Shown here: one piece after another, positions 50,235 through 63,200 of the stretch
Position numbering within the stretch: the stretch's first letter is position 1
How the letters are laid out: every line of letters starts with the position of its first letter
Assembly: GCA_973895155.1 (NCBI GenBank)
Contig: OZ316897.1
Location: forward strand, 16,908,058-16,972,057
DNA length: 64,000 nucleotides
Direction: 5' to 3'
Origin: Marsupella aquatica
Lineage: Eukaryota > Plantae > Marchantiophyta
Notes under the pieces: generated by a model
Databases searched by the model: none
Seen by the model: the letters and a program-made list of their open reading frames with translations, nothing else
What the model was told of the DNA's origin: nothing
Made by a program: the position numbers and the translations under genes

Positions 50235-51867
50235 CATTGTGTTTATTGCTCCTCGGGGCTCAAGAGCTTTAGCTGCCCCACGTGTCAAAGCTGCTGATGC
50301 ATCAATATGTGCAGTGCCACACATGAATCCCATGGTGGCAAGGTCTCCATCAACTCCATAAGATGTGGAAGGACCATGGGATGTGGAAGGTCCATAGGAT
50401 GTAGATGCCCCATCACCAGAATTAGGTCTCACCTGGGAACTAGCCATGGCAGCTAGTTCTTGCTCCAATTGAGCAATCTTAGCATCCTTTGGATCTATGG
50501 TACAGCAGGGGCATGCAGCGTCACCTCCCTGTCTCTTGCATGTGGCATGCCACAACCACGTCCACCACCTCTACCTCCTTCTCCTCTTCCCTGATCATGT
50601 GTACAAGATCCTCCCCTCCGTAACTCAGGTGGAGTGAGAAACACCTATCCTTAGTGTGTCCAGGAGCTCCACAATGATCACATTGTCGTTGATCAGGCGC
50701 TGATGCTCCCCCTGATCCTCTATGATCTGGGCAATATCTCTGTGCATGGTCCCCACCACAGGTCCAACATCCTGACTGCTGTCTAGCATAAGAGGGCACA
50801 AGTCTCTGGTTGGTAGACTCTCGTGCAGTAGGCTTCTCCCTCTGGCTCTTCCATGCAGTAGGCTATGGTGTAGATGTAGATGTAGCCTTTGGTGCTTCCT
50901 TGGCAAATCCAAAAGTCACCACCTTCTCATTCACCATATTGAGCTCAATACGCTCAAAAAGGGTAAAAACAACTGCTAATGTGGGATCTGCATCCCTAAG
51001 TAGAGTGACATCTCTCACTTTGCGTCGCAATTCTGTGTCTAGAATTGCATACCAAAACTGGACTGCCTGAGCCTCTGTCACTCCCTTGGTGACAGTGATC
51101 AATCTGTGCATACGAGTACAGTATGCCTCACGTAGACTCTCTACAGTCTTGCGCTGGAACTCCTGGAGACCCTTCAACTTATCAGTTCTCACACCCTGAT
51201 AGTTTTGCTTCAGTACCTCAAAGAATTCCACCACAGGGTTAAATACTGGCGCAACTCTAGTTCCTGTCACAATCACACCGGTAGGAGTAGTGGTGGATGC
51301 TGCTGGAGTGCTGCTAGTGGATGGTGTGCCACTTTGGCTAGTGCTGTTAGAAGAAGCAGCAGCTATGGCAATGGGTTGGGCAGCTGCACTAGTGCCATAG
51401 GTGATGGACACGTAATTAGGCGACCAATGCTGCCTCCATGCCTCAATCTCAACCAAATGAGCCTTCCAAAACTCATGGTAGTCATCCATGGGTGGCTCAT
51501 CCAAATGTTGAAATAATCTCTTCCATGCCATGAAAGGGGTAAACAACGTGGCGTTACGCAATGTCTACATATCGCACCACGTATCAAACTCCTGGATGAA
51601 ATCATCCAGATCAATTGTGCCAACTGCACCAGAGTATCGTCGTGGGCCCTTTGTAGCCCCGTACATCTCTTCCATATCCCACAACAAAGGTGCAATCACC
51701 TGATGACGAGGAGAACTGCTCACAGAGTCCTCGTCAAAATCACTGTCTAAAGTTGTGCTGCTGACTACTACCAATGTCACTGGCCAAAACTGCGCCCCAC
51801 TCCGAGTGAAACCGGTCCGTCGTCCATCGGGTAACCCAGCAATACCAGAAGAATCCGTGGTGACCAA
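50235..51867 (-). pseudogene. Retroelement gag with two zinc knuckles
   Basis: RYSGAVG...DFIQEFDTWC, FQRKTVESLREAY, CWTCGGDHAQRYC and CDHCGAPGHTKDRC; stops and frameshifts; cut off at 50234 by the insert. Confidence 0.85.
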
Positions 51868-52944
51868 CCTAACCTAATCTATATGCTAACCCTAAGGGCA
51901 ATCTGTCCCTGTCAGCAATACAAGCACTCACCATGGTGTGTTGGGCATCACTCCAACATCACCAGGAGAGAAATACGTAGCACAACTAGAATATCCGGTT
52001 GCAAACCAGATCACTCCTATAGAATCAAGTGCCCATGCCAAACTAACATGGCGCATAAACAGGAAGCATATGTGGAGAAGATCCAATCAACAAGAAGAGA
52101 TCCACAATAACTCTCCACATCAATAGTGACCATACATCAATCAAACAATGTTCATAATGTTCAATGTGGGGCCTTCATAATAGGCCTCTCAATGTTCAAT
52201 GTTGTAGCTATGGATCCATGCACAATTGGTTCAATCCATGCATCTAGATGGATTCAGAAGCATTAAAAACCTTAAGGGAGCTTATGATTTGCCCCAAAAT
52301 GGCAATCTAAACAAACTAGTATGTGTATAAAATGCCTAAGTGCTCATTCCATTAACATCAAAGTGGAAAGGAGTGTGTGTACACAAGAGCACTTAAGAAC
52401 CACATAGTTAAGCACATGGGGAAGGAATAGCTTTGGGATGGGTGACCTCTCACTTGTAGTTATGCACCAAATTGGTCGCTCCAAAATCAGCAACTTGCAA
52501 CTACTCCTCACGTACCAGCAAGTTGGCCCGCCCGCTCCTGCTCCGCCCTCACGCCCCTCGTCCCGAGTAACCACGAGTTGCCTCAAAGCCTCTAAACGCC
52601 GAGATGAGCCCTTCATGCCCGCAATGCTTTGCTACGCCGGACCCAACTTCCAGATTCGGCAACATCCACACTTCGGCCTCAGGTTTCCTTCACATAAATG
52701 CAGCGCGCCGGCGCCGGACCCTGTCGTAGCAAATCTGCGATCCAGCCCTCGTAAAATGGGCAACATTCCTGAGTTGTTTCCGTTCACAAACATGCAGGCA
52801 ATAGTGCCTCCGTGCTACTGATCGGCAGCAGCCCGCATCCGCTACCAAAATAGCAACTTTTGAAGTTCTGTTTCTTCAACAAAATGCAGAGGTCGACATG
52901 CAAGTTCTGCAAATCCGCTACGCAGGCGGTGTCGTTACGCGGTT

Positions 52945-53110
52945 CACCAACATCCGGGGCTGTTTCCCTTGCAAAAACAGCAGATCTGCATACGATGATG
53001 ATGCAGGCCCGATCTACCAACATCCGCGGCTGTTTCCCTTGTGAAAACAGCAGATCGGCCCAACAGAACTGCATACGACGACAATGCAGGCCCGATCTAC
53101 CAACATCCGC
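52945..53110. repeat. Tandem repeat in the retroelement leader
   Basis: ACCAACATCCG.GGCTGTTTCCCTTG.AAAACAGCAGATC...ATGCAGGCCCGATCT about 2.3 times. Confidence 0.8.
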
Positions 53111-53364
53111 ACCTCAACAGGCCTGATCTACTTCACAAAAACGCGAATAGCAGCGTACTGTCCGTCGAATGGCAGCACAGATCAGACACAAACTTCTCAA
53201 CACCGACTATAGCGAATCGAAATACCGGTGATCCACTCCACAATCCAAGGTACCACGGATCAAAACAATAGCTCCAATCGATTCGATCTACTGCAAATCG
53301 TCAACGACAAACTCAGACTGAGCTTCTGTCCGCACAACAGAGTTTGAAGCCCATGATCTTTCAA

Positions 53365-53702
53365 TGTAATCTCAATATATACAATTGGCACAACGATCTC
53401 GGTCAACAATACCCCATCGATCCCGCACCGATCCGATCACACACGTATGTCAAGCCAACGCACCTTGCACTACTCAAGGAATCCACGTTACACAAGCGGA
53501 GCTCACAGCCACCATACTTAGCCACTCAAGCTTCTCTCTCTCCAAGGCTCAACATTGAAAGATGACCTTTCAATGCCTCACAAGTGAGAAGTACCCTCTC
53601 ACACAAACCTGATGGAACCTTATTGGCTCATATAGCACACATACCAAACATACGGATCTAGAGAGTACGATACACTCTAACACTACCTAGAATGGTGTGA
53701 CA
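53365..53702 (-). repeat. 5' terminal repeat (X/B' only) of the retroelement
   Basis: Matches 39553-39878; has TG..CA ends of its own; not adjoined by the A/Y segment. Confidence 0.9.
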
Positions 53703-56060
53703 ATGAACATCAAGTGATTGAATAACATGTTCAAGACTAGCATACAAAAAAATCAAATGGGCCCCCACTCTCTATACAGTATCTGTACTGTGTGAACGAA
53801 CCTCCCCCCGCCCCCTCTATACCCCCTATTATTAATTTTGTAACTATCCATATTTTCCCTTGTTACTTAGAAATATGAGAATTTGAGCAATAATTTAGAT
53901 CCTTTAGTTCATTATAAAATATCAATTAATTTCAAGAATTATGATTATGCTTCATTAGTTACATCATAATTATGCTTCATGACCCGGGGTCCTGAGCTTC
54001 ATGAAGACATGCCCGGGGCCCTGAGCTTCATGAAGACATGCACTACAGCAAAAGAATTGATCGACCAACCTTGAGCACAAAGCAAGACCAACAAAGAGGA
54101 ACAAGACCGACAAGAGAGGGCCAAGCACAAATAACACAATAAGCTGCCTATTGAAGGGGAAAAGCAAAAGGCAGCAAAAGCAGGGGTTTTTGGGCCAAAG
54201 ACAGACTTTGATCCAAACCAAAATGCCCTACAACACACCTAGGGGCTGAGACCACCTGCTTGCAGGCTTGCTCTACCATAGATTGATCAATGTAGGGCCT
54301 AGATGCACTCTCCCTTAGATCTCGTGGCCAGGGTTTGGCCCATTGTGTTTCCTTTTGTGGAAACTCTAAGCCTTAAACCCCAAACCTCCCAATAATCCTA
54401 CCAAAACCCAGCCCTGAGACCCATAGGCCCATCAAGAATAAATATGTTCATATTTGAAGGTGGGTGCCCCGGGCCCCACTCCAAGGGGGGTCCCATATCA
54501 TACGCGAAAGTTTGGGGGAACAAGCACCCTAAAACATAAGATAATAATGCGGAGAGAAGCATGGCTATGTGATAGCTCAATTAATTTAGTTGAGACTCAT
54601 AGTTCTAGAGTGCAAATGTTGTGATTGACTATTCCATAATTTCTGTGGGGTTTCACATATTTCCCCTTAAAATAACACAAATTAATAAAGTTTTTTATGG
54701 ATTTTTCTCCCTGGCTAACATTTTGGAATATTCTTGAAATATTACCATAGTTGCTTTTTCAAAGCCCTATCATTCTTTCATTCTCAAAACTAGATTTAAT
54801 ACACCCCCAATGTTTTTCCCCAAAAATTTAAAAAGCTTTTACTAAGTGTCCAATAAAAAAACCCTATACTTATTAGTGTGTGATGGGTTGAAAAAAAGGA
54901 AATCAATGAGGACCCCGGGGTGGGTAGACATATATCAATTGCATTTGTAAGCATGACCCACTAATATGATGACAAGTGTCATTGCCTATTAATTAGGACC
55001 CCCCCCCCCAATCTAGAAATGTAATATAGACTGAATATTCAATACACTACCGAGTACACTACATTATTTACATGCCATGCTTACCATAGAAATGAGGGTT
55101 GCTTAGTTGTAATGAATTCTAAAAATTACCTTGGAATGAATAAGAACATTGACCCTTGAATTGTTCTCATGTCTGACTCGTATCCTTAGTGGGGCCCAGG
55201 GGATCAAATAAGTGCAAATGTTTCCTTAAAACCCAATTGAAAGTACGTGAAAACTGCAGAGGTACCGGTAGAGAGTTTCTACTCCATACAAAACTCAATC
55301 GACTCACTTTGTTTGGATGTTGACATCTGAATGGGTCAAAGGTGGGGCCAAAGGGCTTGACCTTGGGGTCCTCACTTATTGTTTTTTGACCCATCACTCA
55401 CAAATAGATATAGGATGTTTTTATTGGTTTTCTGAAATACTTCTGTATGTGGAGAAATATTGACTAGTTCAATTTCCCCCAAAATTGTTTCTGGTTCTAT
55501 CCCTTTCGAGACATTGTTTCTAATTTCCTCTTAGTTTTGTCTCCTCACCTTACTCTTCCCCCAATAATTTTCATTTAATCCCAAGTCCTGGCTTTCTCCC
55601 CCTTCTCTAACCCCTAAACTAAAGGATAACTCATGAGTTACTGCCCCAGGATTCAAGAAATATACTAGTTATTCTATACGCCACCAAAAATCTACTTAGG
55701 TAGCTAGTAATTTCACTTTGAAGAAAGCTCTCGTTGTACTCAACTTCATATTCCACATGCTGTAATCTAGCTAAGTCATTCCGAATCATCAGGTTTTGCA
55801 AATTCCACTAGTAACTAAAATGGATATGCATTTTCAATCATTACATGTCCGCCAAAACAATTGGACGCAATACAATAGTAGATTTTGCACTGTAAAGATT
55901 GCCTCAGCCGGGTGGTGCTTTAGTGACAAACATATGAGTGTTTCATGGCTTACAGTCAGAAAACAGATCGACCGTGATGCGTCAGATATTAAGATTGTGG
56001 AGCAACATCAGATGTCTCTGCATGAACTGTAAGCAACCCATATGGTATCATGATCTACTA

Positions 56061-57268
56061 TCAGCACCATGTGCCTGCAGGCTCCATCTTCCAAAGCTGG
56101 TTGAGTGAGAGCTTTGTGCTCGGCCCGTCCTGACTTGCACTATCTTTAGACGTAACCACTAGAGTATTTTCTTTCATACGATGATCATCGTCCACACCCT
56201 TTTGCTCTAGTGAGTCGCACTTCATGCATCTCATAGCATGCATTACGACCCTCATGGCAGGGTCTTCTTCGACTGGTGGAGCCTTTGTTTTGCTATCTGG
56301 CTTTCTCCCATTCCAAGGAGTCAATGTCCTATATCCACCGCCAATATCCTTACCCGCAATCCAAACAAGTTTTTTTTTCATATTTTCAGGATCATACATC
56401 TTCAGGAGAAGTTGTTTGGAGTCATCACCGGGACACAAACAAAGGCCGCTGTTCTTATGTAAGATGGAAAATCCATAGCGTCCAACGCCGTGCCTATACA
56501 TCGTTACCAACAATGAGGGCTTAGCCCCCCACATTGGAGTATGCTAGTGATAATAACCAGTACAAGCTTAGTTTTCCATTTTACTGACGTCCTTTAACAA
56601 TGGGAACTAATTATATATATATATATATATATATAATGGCGACAAAGAACTATCATTCATAAGACGGTAAGAGAGGTCCGTAGGTAATATAAATTTAGTA
56701 ACTACGAATTATAATTCATCGTGCTGCAATTAGATCGAAGTATTGCATAATTTATGGTGACGTTAATCTACAATTTGGAGCTGCTATAGAGTTGGGAAGT
56801 TAGACCAAAAGAATCAAGGTAAGGTCACATATACCAAACTTATTCAGACGGCAACAATTTTCTAGTGGATCATCCTATGACAATTTCTGCTCCTCGAAGA
56901 TTTGGGGACCAAATGAATATCCTTTTACCTGTTCAACGACGTCTGCAGCTTGGATAGAGATTAAAAAATTCCTTATGCAAAACTGAAAAGTATACCCTTC
57001 AGCGCTAAAACTACCGGGTGTCCATATGGGTTCTTTATCTGGGTATCCAAATTTCTGCATCTCTTATGCGAAGGAGTACTCCTTACCTGAATGCTAGCTT
57101 ATGGTCAATCACCCACAACTGACTCGAGTCCTTCACGTCTCTGGAAACGAGACAGACCCCAGTTCCCACTTCTGGTCGTATAGCCAATCCATAGAGAGGG
57201 TTGGCTTTGCAGTGGATCCTTACCACCCGTCCAGGTAGAAAACAGTCTGATATTTTGCCACAACCCAT
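56061..57268 (-). CDS. EUL (Euonymus lectin, ricin-B-like) domain protein, divergent; exons 57268-57087 and 56493-56061
   Basis: VRIHCKANPLYGLAIR, D.SQLW..D, GFSILHK.SG, YDP....VW..KD.G.GYRT and NQLWK match the EULS3 pattern; GTAAG..TAG intron gives 615 nt in frame. Confidence 0.75.
56611..56635. repeat. (TA)n microsatellite
   Basis: TATATA run in the EUL intron. Confidence 0.9.
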
Positions 57269-60200
57269 TCAAAGATGGATTAACCCGAACTGGAGTTTCA
57301 CCTGGTCAGAATGCATAATAGCCTAGAGCTCTGTACTATGTCCCAACTAGGCCGTAATTTGTGACAAGTGGGATACTAAGTTGAGAGAATTCTTCTTAGC
57401 GCCGGGTAATGAATTGTTACAATTAAATGGCTGCCACATTTAGTGCTTTTAAAGGAGATGCTCTAAGTTGAGATCAACTAAGTAACTTTGGATATGTCTC
57501 CAATAAATCAGTCTTGAATTATCATGTCCATACGTCCTCAATACCCTTGATTAATTCTAGAACAAGCAAGGACGATGCGAATGCCAAAACAACTACTGCA
57601 CAGTAGTCTGGTACTCTCATTTTCAGCATGATGGCAAGGTCGGGCTCTTGACCTTCGCGTACAGTAATTAATAGGGATCATGGAAAGAGAGGAAGACGAT
57701 TTAAAATTTCAAAGAAACTTCACAATTTTTAGTGTATCAGATTTGTATCAGATGACTCTAACAGTAATATTGGGGTGTCCCTTGCTAATCGACGCACCCC
57801 TTCGAAAACATTATTATTCTAAATTTGTTCTAATGTAAACAAATTAGGCGTGTGATTGGCACATTTGGAGCCATAGAGCCGTCAGGTTATCAATTCGTGA
57901 TTCACAGATGCAGATTCATCCATAATTAGAAAAAGGAGTCAATCAAGGCCAAATTGAGCAAGTAGAACCATCAACTTTTGCCAAAGAGTTATTCTAATGA
58001 ATTATGGCAAAAATCCCGCGAATCGGGTTTGAGACAATATTGAAGAACATGTCCGAGTATGAGGGGGTATCAGCCCACTGTGACCGGGTGATGAGCAGGA
58101 GCCACACTTCCTGAGCCAAATTCCCTCCCTTCCTGTGGACAAGCAACGAAAGTTGTTGAGTGAACGCGATCGCAAAGGCCTGAAAGGAGACGAGAAGGAA
58201 GGAAGACGAGGTGTAATTTTTTGTTGAATGACCACGGGCAATCGATCGAGAGAGGACTGTTACCGTTGAATTGGGGTTTCTAGAGTTTGGGAAACTGACG
58301 GGCCGAGAAGAAGGGAGCACTTGAGGAAGCGTTGGACCATTGAACGTGGCACTAAGTCCGTTGAGACCTAGCTAATGATATCTGCATTCACGTTTGATGC
58401 AGTCCTGATAACTACGGCGTGGGGCCGCTTGATTGATGAAAGGACGAGGTGCTGTGGAGTTGGGGTTTGCATAGTAATTCCTTTTCTTTCGTTCGATCCG
58501 CACGTGTATAAAACTTGGTCAGTTGCCTAGCCGGTATTTGATTCAGGGCATCGGGCAACGTTATCACCTTTGAGGGATCGGAACATAGTCATTCCGCGCT
58601 TGAGTTATGGTATAGTGGACAAAGTGGGAGAGAATCTCTAGCATGCCTCACCGTCGGGCAGGCAGATTAAGAGGTCTTTGGACAGTGTAAACTATTCGAT
58701 CAGCAGTTTCTCATCAGATGTCATCCTCGATTAGTTCTGTGATACAGCTCAGTCGAACATTCCAATTATCATTGATCTACAACCAACGTCCTATTTCTAA
58801 CAAGGAAGTAAAGACTTGACCCTGTTGGAAGGCTGTGCTATGGTGAGGCTAGTGTGTATCAAAGTGGCAGGAGGTCAACATCCTCACTAGGTATATCGCT
58901 GTCCATTCAATTGCACAAAGACTAAATCACAAAGCGCAACATCGCGTGCTTCCGCGTTCAATTAATCGCAACGATGCGTACGGCTGGTTCTGCTGCCGCT
59001 GCTGTCGATTGCAACGGCTAACACTGAAGTTAAGTGAGATCTTCTTCCTGCCTCTTGACATTTGCTGTTGCTGCGCTAAGGTTCGGTCTCTTGTCTGTAC
59101 GTTTGAGATGCACCAGTCCGACAGTTTTCAGCTCAGAAAACTTACGATGTGGAATGACTGCAGTGGCACTTAGGTTACCATGTTAATCTTATATGAATGG
59201 CTTTGGTTGCAACTCGCTTAGAATATATGTTTAGAAAAGTATTGATATCTCCCAGTGAGTAACTTCTGTTTTCCGTAGTGTTTCAACTCTAGAGCAGCGC
59301 TTGTGTGCAACTAATTGCAATACCTATCAAGAGGGCTCGAGATCATCTGTAATTCTCTTAAGAGCATTAGTCTTCGAGTCTTCTACTCGGCAAGACGAAG
59401 CCAAAATTTACTATAGGTAAAAGTCAGTCTGTCTTATACATCTAGGAGCCAAGAATTCACAACAAACTGTCATGCCTCCCCTCCTCGACTCATGTGTGAC
59501 GTCCAGAGCAATGTCTGGACCAACATGTCTGCTTCTAACTCAAGAGCAAATTATTCGGGAAATTAATACAGTAATTGGATGTTTAGTCTTTTGTGTACTT
59601 AGTTTAGAAGATGTGAATGGTATACCTCATAGCTGCGAGTGCTAGGGCGATTGTCTTTCACCTGTAGTTACAAGAAGTTTGATTTTACAGGTGTGACGGA
59701 TATATTCACCTGAAATCATATCCAGATATAGTTTAGAGGAGTTATCTGCAGTGATCTGGCGGGATCGTCAGTAGTTTCCTAGCTAGACGAAATGGCCGAC
59801 TGAAAGGTAACTACTGAATGATTGTCCCAGAAATTTCCAGTGAAATTTGTGCTTTCGATCAGCTTCTCCAAGTTTGCTTAAGTTTCACTGTAGACAGTAA
59901 TGTGAGCCTAGGTTAGTGTGACCTTTATAGATATGGAGGAAGAATCGAGTTCGTGTATTTCAGGCCAGCTTATTTATATCCTAAATGCATGATCTGACAA
60001 GAACAATATGGATAGTTTTTGAAAACTACTATCTACTTGTCCTCCGCGAATACAATTCTGTATGATTTTGAACCATTTAACCCCAAACCTGCCCGTGTGG
60101 CGTTGAAGTCTTCGACTAGTAAGGTGTGCTGGAAACAAGAATTAACCACTTACTATAGTATAACACTAGCCAGAAGTTGTCTGATTTTGTTAATAGCAAG

Positions 60201-63200
60201 ATGTCTGGATGACAGGCAAGAGTCCGCTCAATAGACTTTGTAACAGAAAATATTTACAATGAGCAAAAAAATGATCTCCCAGTAACCTAGTTTGTTCCCA
60301 TGATGCCTCAAGTCAGGACCTTCTATGCAAGACAAGTTCACCGAGCTCATTTCCATCCTAGCAACCTAGCTCTCTCCCACGTACATCTTTATGATAGTTC
60401 ATAGTTCAAAAGGAAACTTCCAGGACTGGATCCGATCACGCACAGTACGTATATGACTATTGCAAACCGCATACAATTTTTTCGATGCTGGAGGTTGTCT
60501 AAGAGGCAGCAAACAATCGAGAGTATAATAGTTACCCGCCGATTTGTGGCTAAACACAATTTGTTTTCGAAGAAGTGCACTTTTGAGATAGGCTAGCAGC
60601 ATTCACTACTTTCGTCTCCGATCAAATTTACAAGTACCATGTAAGAGGTATTGGAAGCGACGAGCTTACGGAAAAAAATAGGAAGATATATGCTTACCAA
60701 CCTCCTTACATTGTGCGAAAGGAAAGCTAGCCTTCTGATTAATTACCAACATTGTTGGCTCACATTTTTCCTCTAAAACTTCTGAACTTCATGACAACTA
60801 GATAAGCTAGTTCAGAATCTTTGTACCAGCTGAACTACTTTATTCCTAGACAGATAAACTGAATAATAGACCGCTCCAATTAAGTGGTCGCAGACAAATT
60901 TCACTGCCCCAACCTCCATAGTGTGGGTGCCAAGGCTTGAGACTTCATGAACAAGATTTTAGTTCATTTAGGAGTGCATTGACCGAATTATGCTCGATGT
61001 CAAACAGATACAATTAAATCCATCGATCGTTATTTCTTTCGAAGGGACCGAGTAATATATATCTGTTTCGGGTCTAGTGGATGAAGCGAGGAGGCGATTC
61101 TTCTTGTGTACTGTCCAGCTCCCGATGTAAACAATCAATGTAGTCACCTTCTTGCTACACCTAAGTTCTAGAGTTTCAATCCGATGAGATGGTACGTATT
61201 CTAATCTCTCGTCGTTATAGCCAAGCCATGTCTTCAGAAAGAATTCGTGCTTGCTATTATGAACTCTGGATCACATGGTCCAGACTCACATGGTCCAGAT
61301 CTAGACACTTGTCATTTCTATCAGTCTCTTCCTACAGTTCCTAGTAATATTGTTTTTACAGGAAATTCAGTCAGATACTGACGAATTTCTAGTGGGAGTG
61401 ACCATCTGTACAGGTACGATGAAGAATAGCTCTACGTACCAAGTTTCCCAAGCTCCTTCTTAAATTTAAATCCATAGAATCTAAATAATGCACCTTATTT
61501 CGCACCTTGTGCGAGACATTGTGTGTATTACTCCTTCTCGATAACCTGATTTGGAGGCGAGATTCAAACCATCTGACACTCAGTCTGACATTGGTAAGTC
61601 ACCATGCCGTACAATTTGGAGCTGAAAATATAGTTTTCATCTCGAAATAAAAACTTAGCTGAAAGCATGCAGCCAGTTTGATGTCATGATTTGATAGGAG
61701 AAACAATTAGTGACCAGTACAAGGTCGAACAAATCAAGGTTCAACATAGAATAATTTGTGTAGTAAGAAATAATGTTGTGCACTTCCCTCAGGATCAAGC
61801 CCCACAGCCAAATACAAAGGCCAACCCGTCGTTTCAAAACCATCTGATCGACAGGATGTTTGGAGAGATTTTACTGAAAGGCATGGGTTAGATTTGAACG
61901 ACAACCGTACTCCTGCAGGTTTATGGTTGATACATTGATTTTGGTCGACGAATAGTCACTGTGCAGAGTAGTCCTCATAAGTACTCTCCGTAGGAAGGAT
62001 TAATTCCTCATTGTACAATACCTGGATGTATTCTTCTTTAATATTTCTTCTATTCTAAAAGTATTGGCAATCCTTGGTCACTGCAAATGTCAGTGTGTCA
62101 TCTGCAGACTGCACGGTGACGTGCAAGGTCCGTTACATCATCACACTAATGTAAAAGCTGATGATCGACGACAACTTACCGCGTGGGTCGCGAGCTTTTT
62201 GCTGGTTGTTGCAACGTAGCCTTGCATTTAGTGGTTAGCTACGAATGGACAGCTTGTCTTCGACGTAATCCAGTTTGATCTTTGCAGTGGATCCTGATCT
62301 AATCTAAGAAAAGTGTCAAGTGGGTATCTGTACATGATGGACCCTAAAACTTGTATAGCGTTTCAAATTTCCAGTTATTTCTCGAGGTGAATGTCTACCC
62401 ATGTAGGATTGCTCTGCTCTGGCGAGTCATTTTGGAGCTGGGTTAGGCAGTTTGGTATTCTTTGTAATTGTATCATTATTCACAATCCGATCAGAACAAT
62501 TAGATAGAGTGCTCAGAGGGCATTGAAATATGTATCGTCTTTAGTTTGTGGGGATTACTGGTGGGAGTTTTGCTCGTGAGGGCCTCGTTAGGTCCGAACA
62601 GGTGCTACCGAGAAAAACAGATGAATCTTAGTTTGATAGTACAGCCGTTGATTCGATACCGCGCATCGATGTACATCTTTGCTTGCCATCAACCCAAATC
62701 AACGCGAGAAGTTTCAGCAACAACTGTTGAGCTTCTTCGATTCTGTCATACGTTCAAGGCATTCCAACCACAAAAATATCAAAGAAAATTCATCTAATAA
62801 CTCGACCCAGCTAGCGGGCTGGAATCTCAAAAGTCAACGATTATTAAGTTGATATCCTCCACTTGAATGGGGTAAATCTATTTGTTGCATGGCCAACTTT
62901 CAGAAGCTTCTTCGGCAGTCTCCCCTGTCACATAGCATCCCTAGCCTTATCTCACTATTATGCGCTAGTTAGAACGAATGATAATCACGCATCATCTATG
63001 TCATTCATAAGCTCATGCATAGGTCAGAGCTTGTGTCATACATAGCTCAGCTTCCATTTCCATTTTTCTAGTAAAAGTGACTAAAAACTTAAATTCGGGT
63101 GCGCCGTTTACACAATCAGATTGTGAGATTGTGTAGAAAACGAGAGCTAGATATCTTTTGGATTTGGATTAGTATCTTGATTACAGAGTGATTTACGAGA

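Larger units (their letters stand above)
39416..53702 (-). mobile_element. Ty3/Gypsy-type retroelement with split direct repeats, carrying a nested ~9-kb insert
   Basis: TGTC...GACA termini; exact 4-bp TSD ATGA (39412-39415 / 53703-53706); gag with two CCHC knuckles; rve integrase + PHD finger at the 3' end; repeats A 39416-39552, B 39553-39878, A' 39881-40018, B' 53365-53702. Confidence 0.9.
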
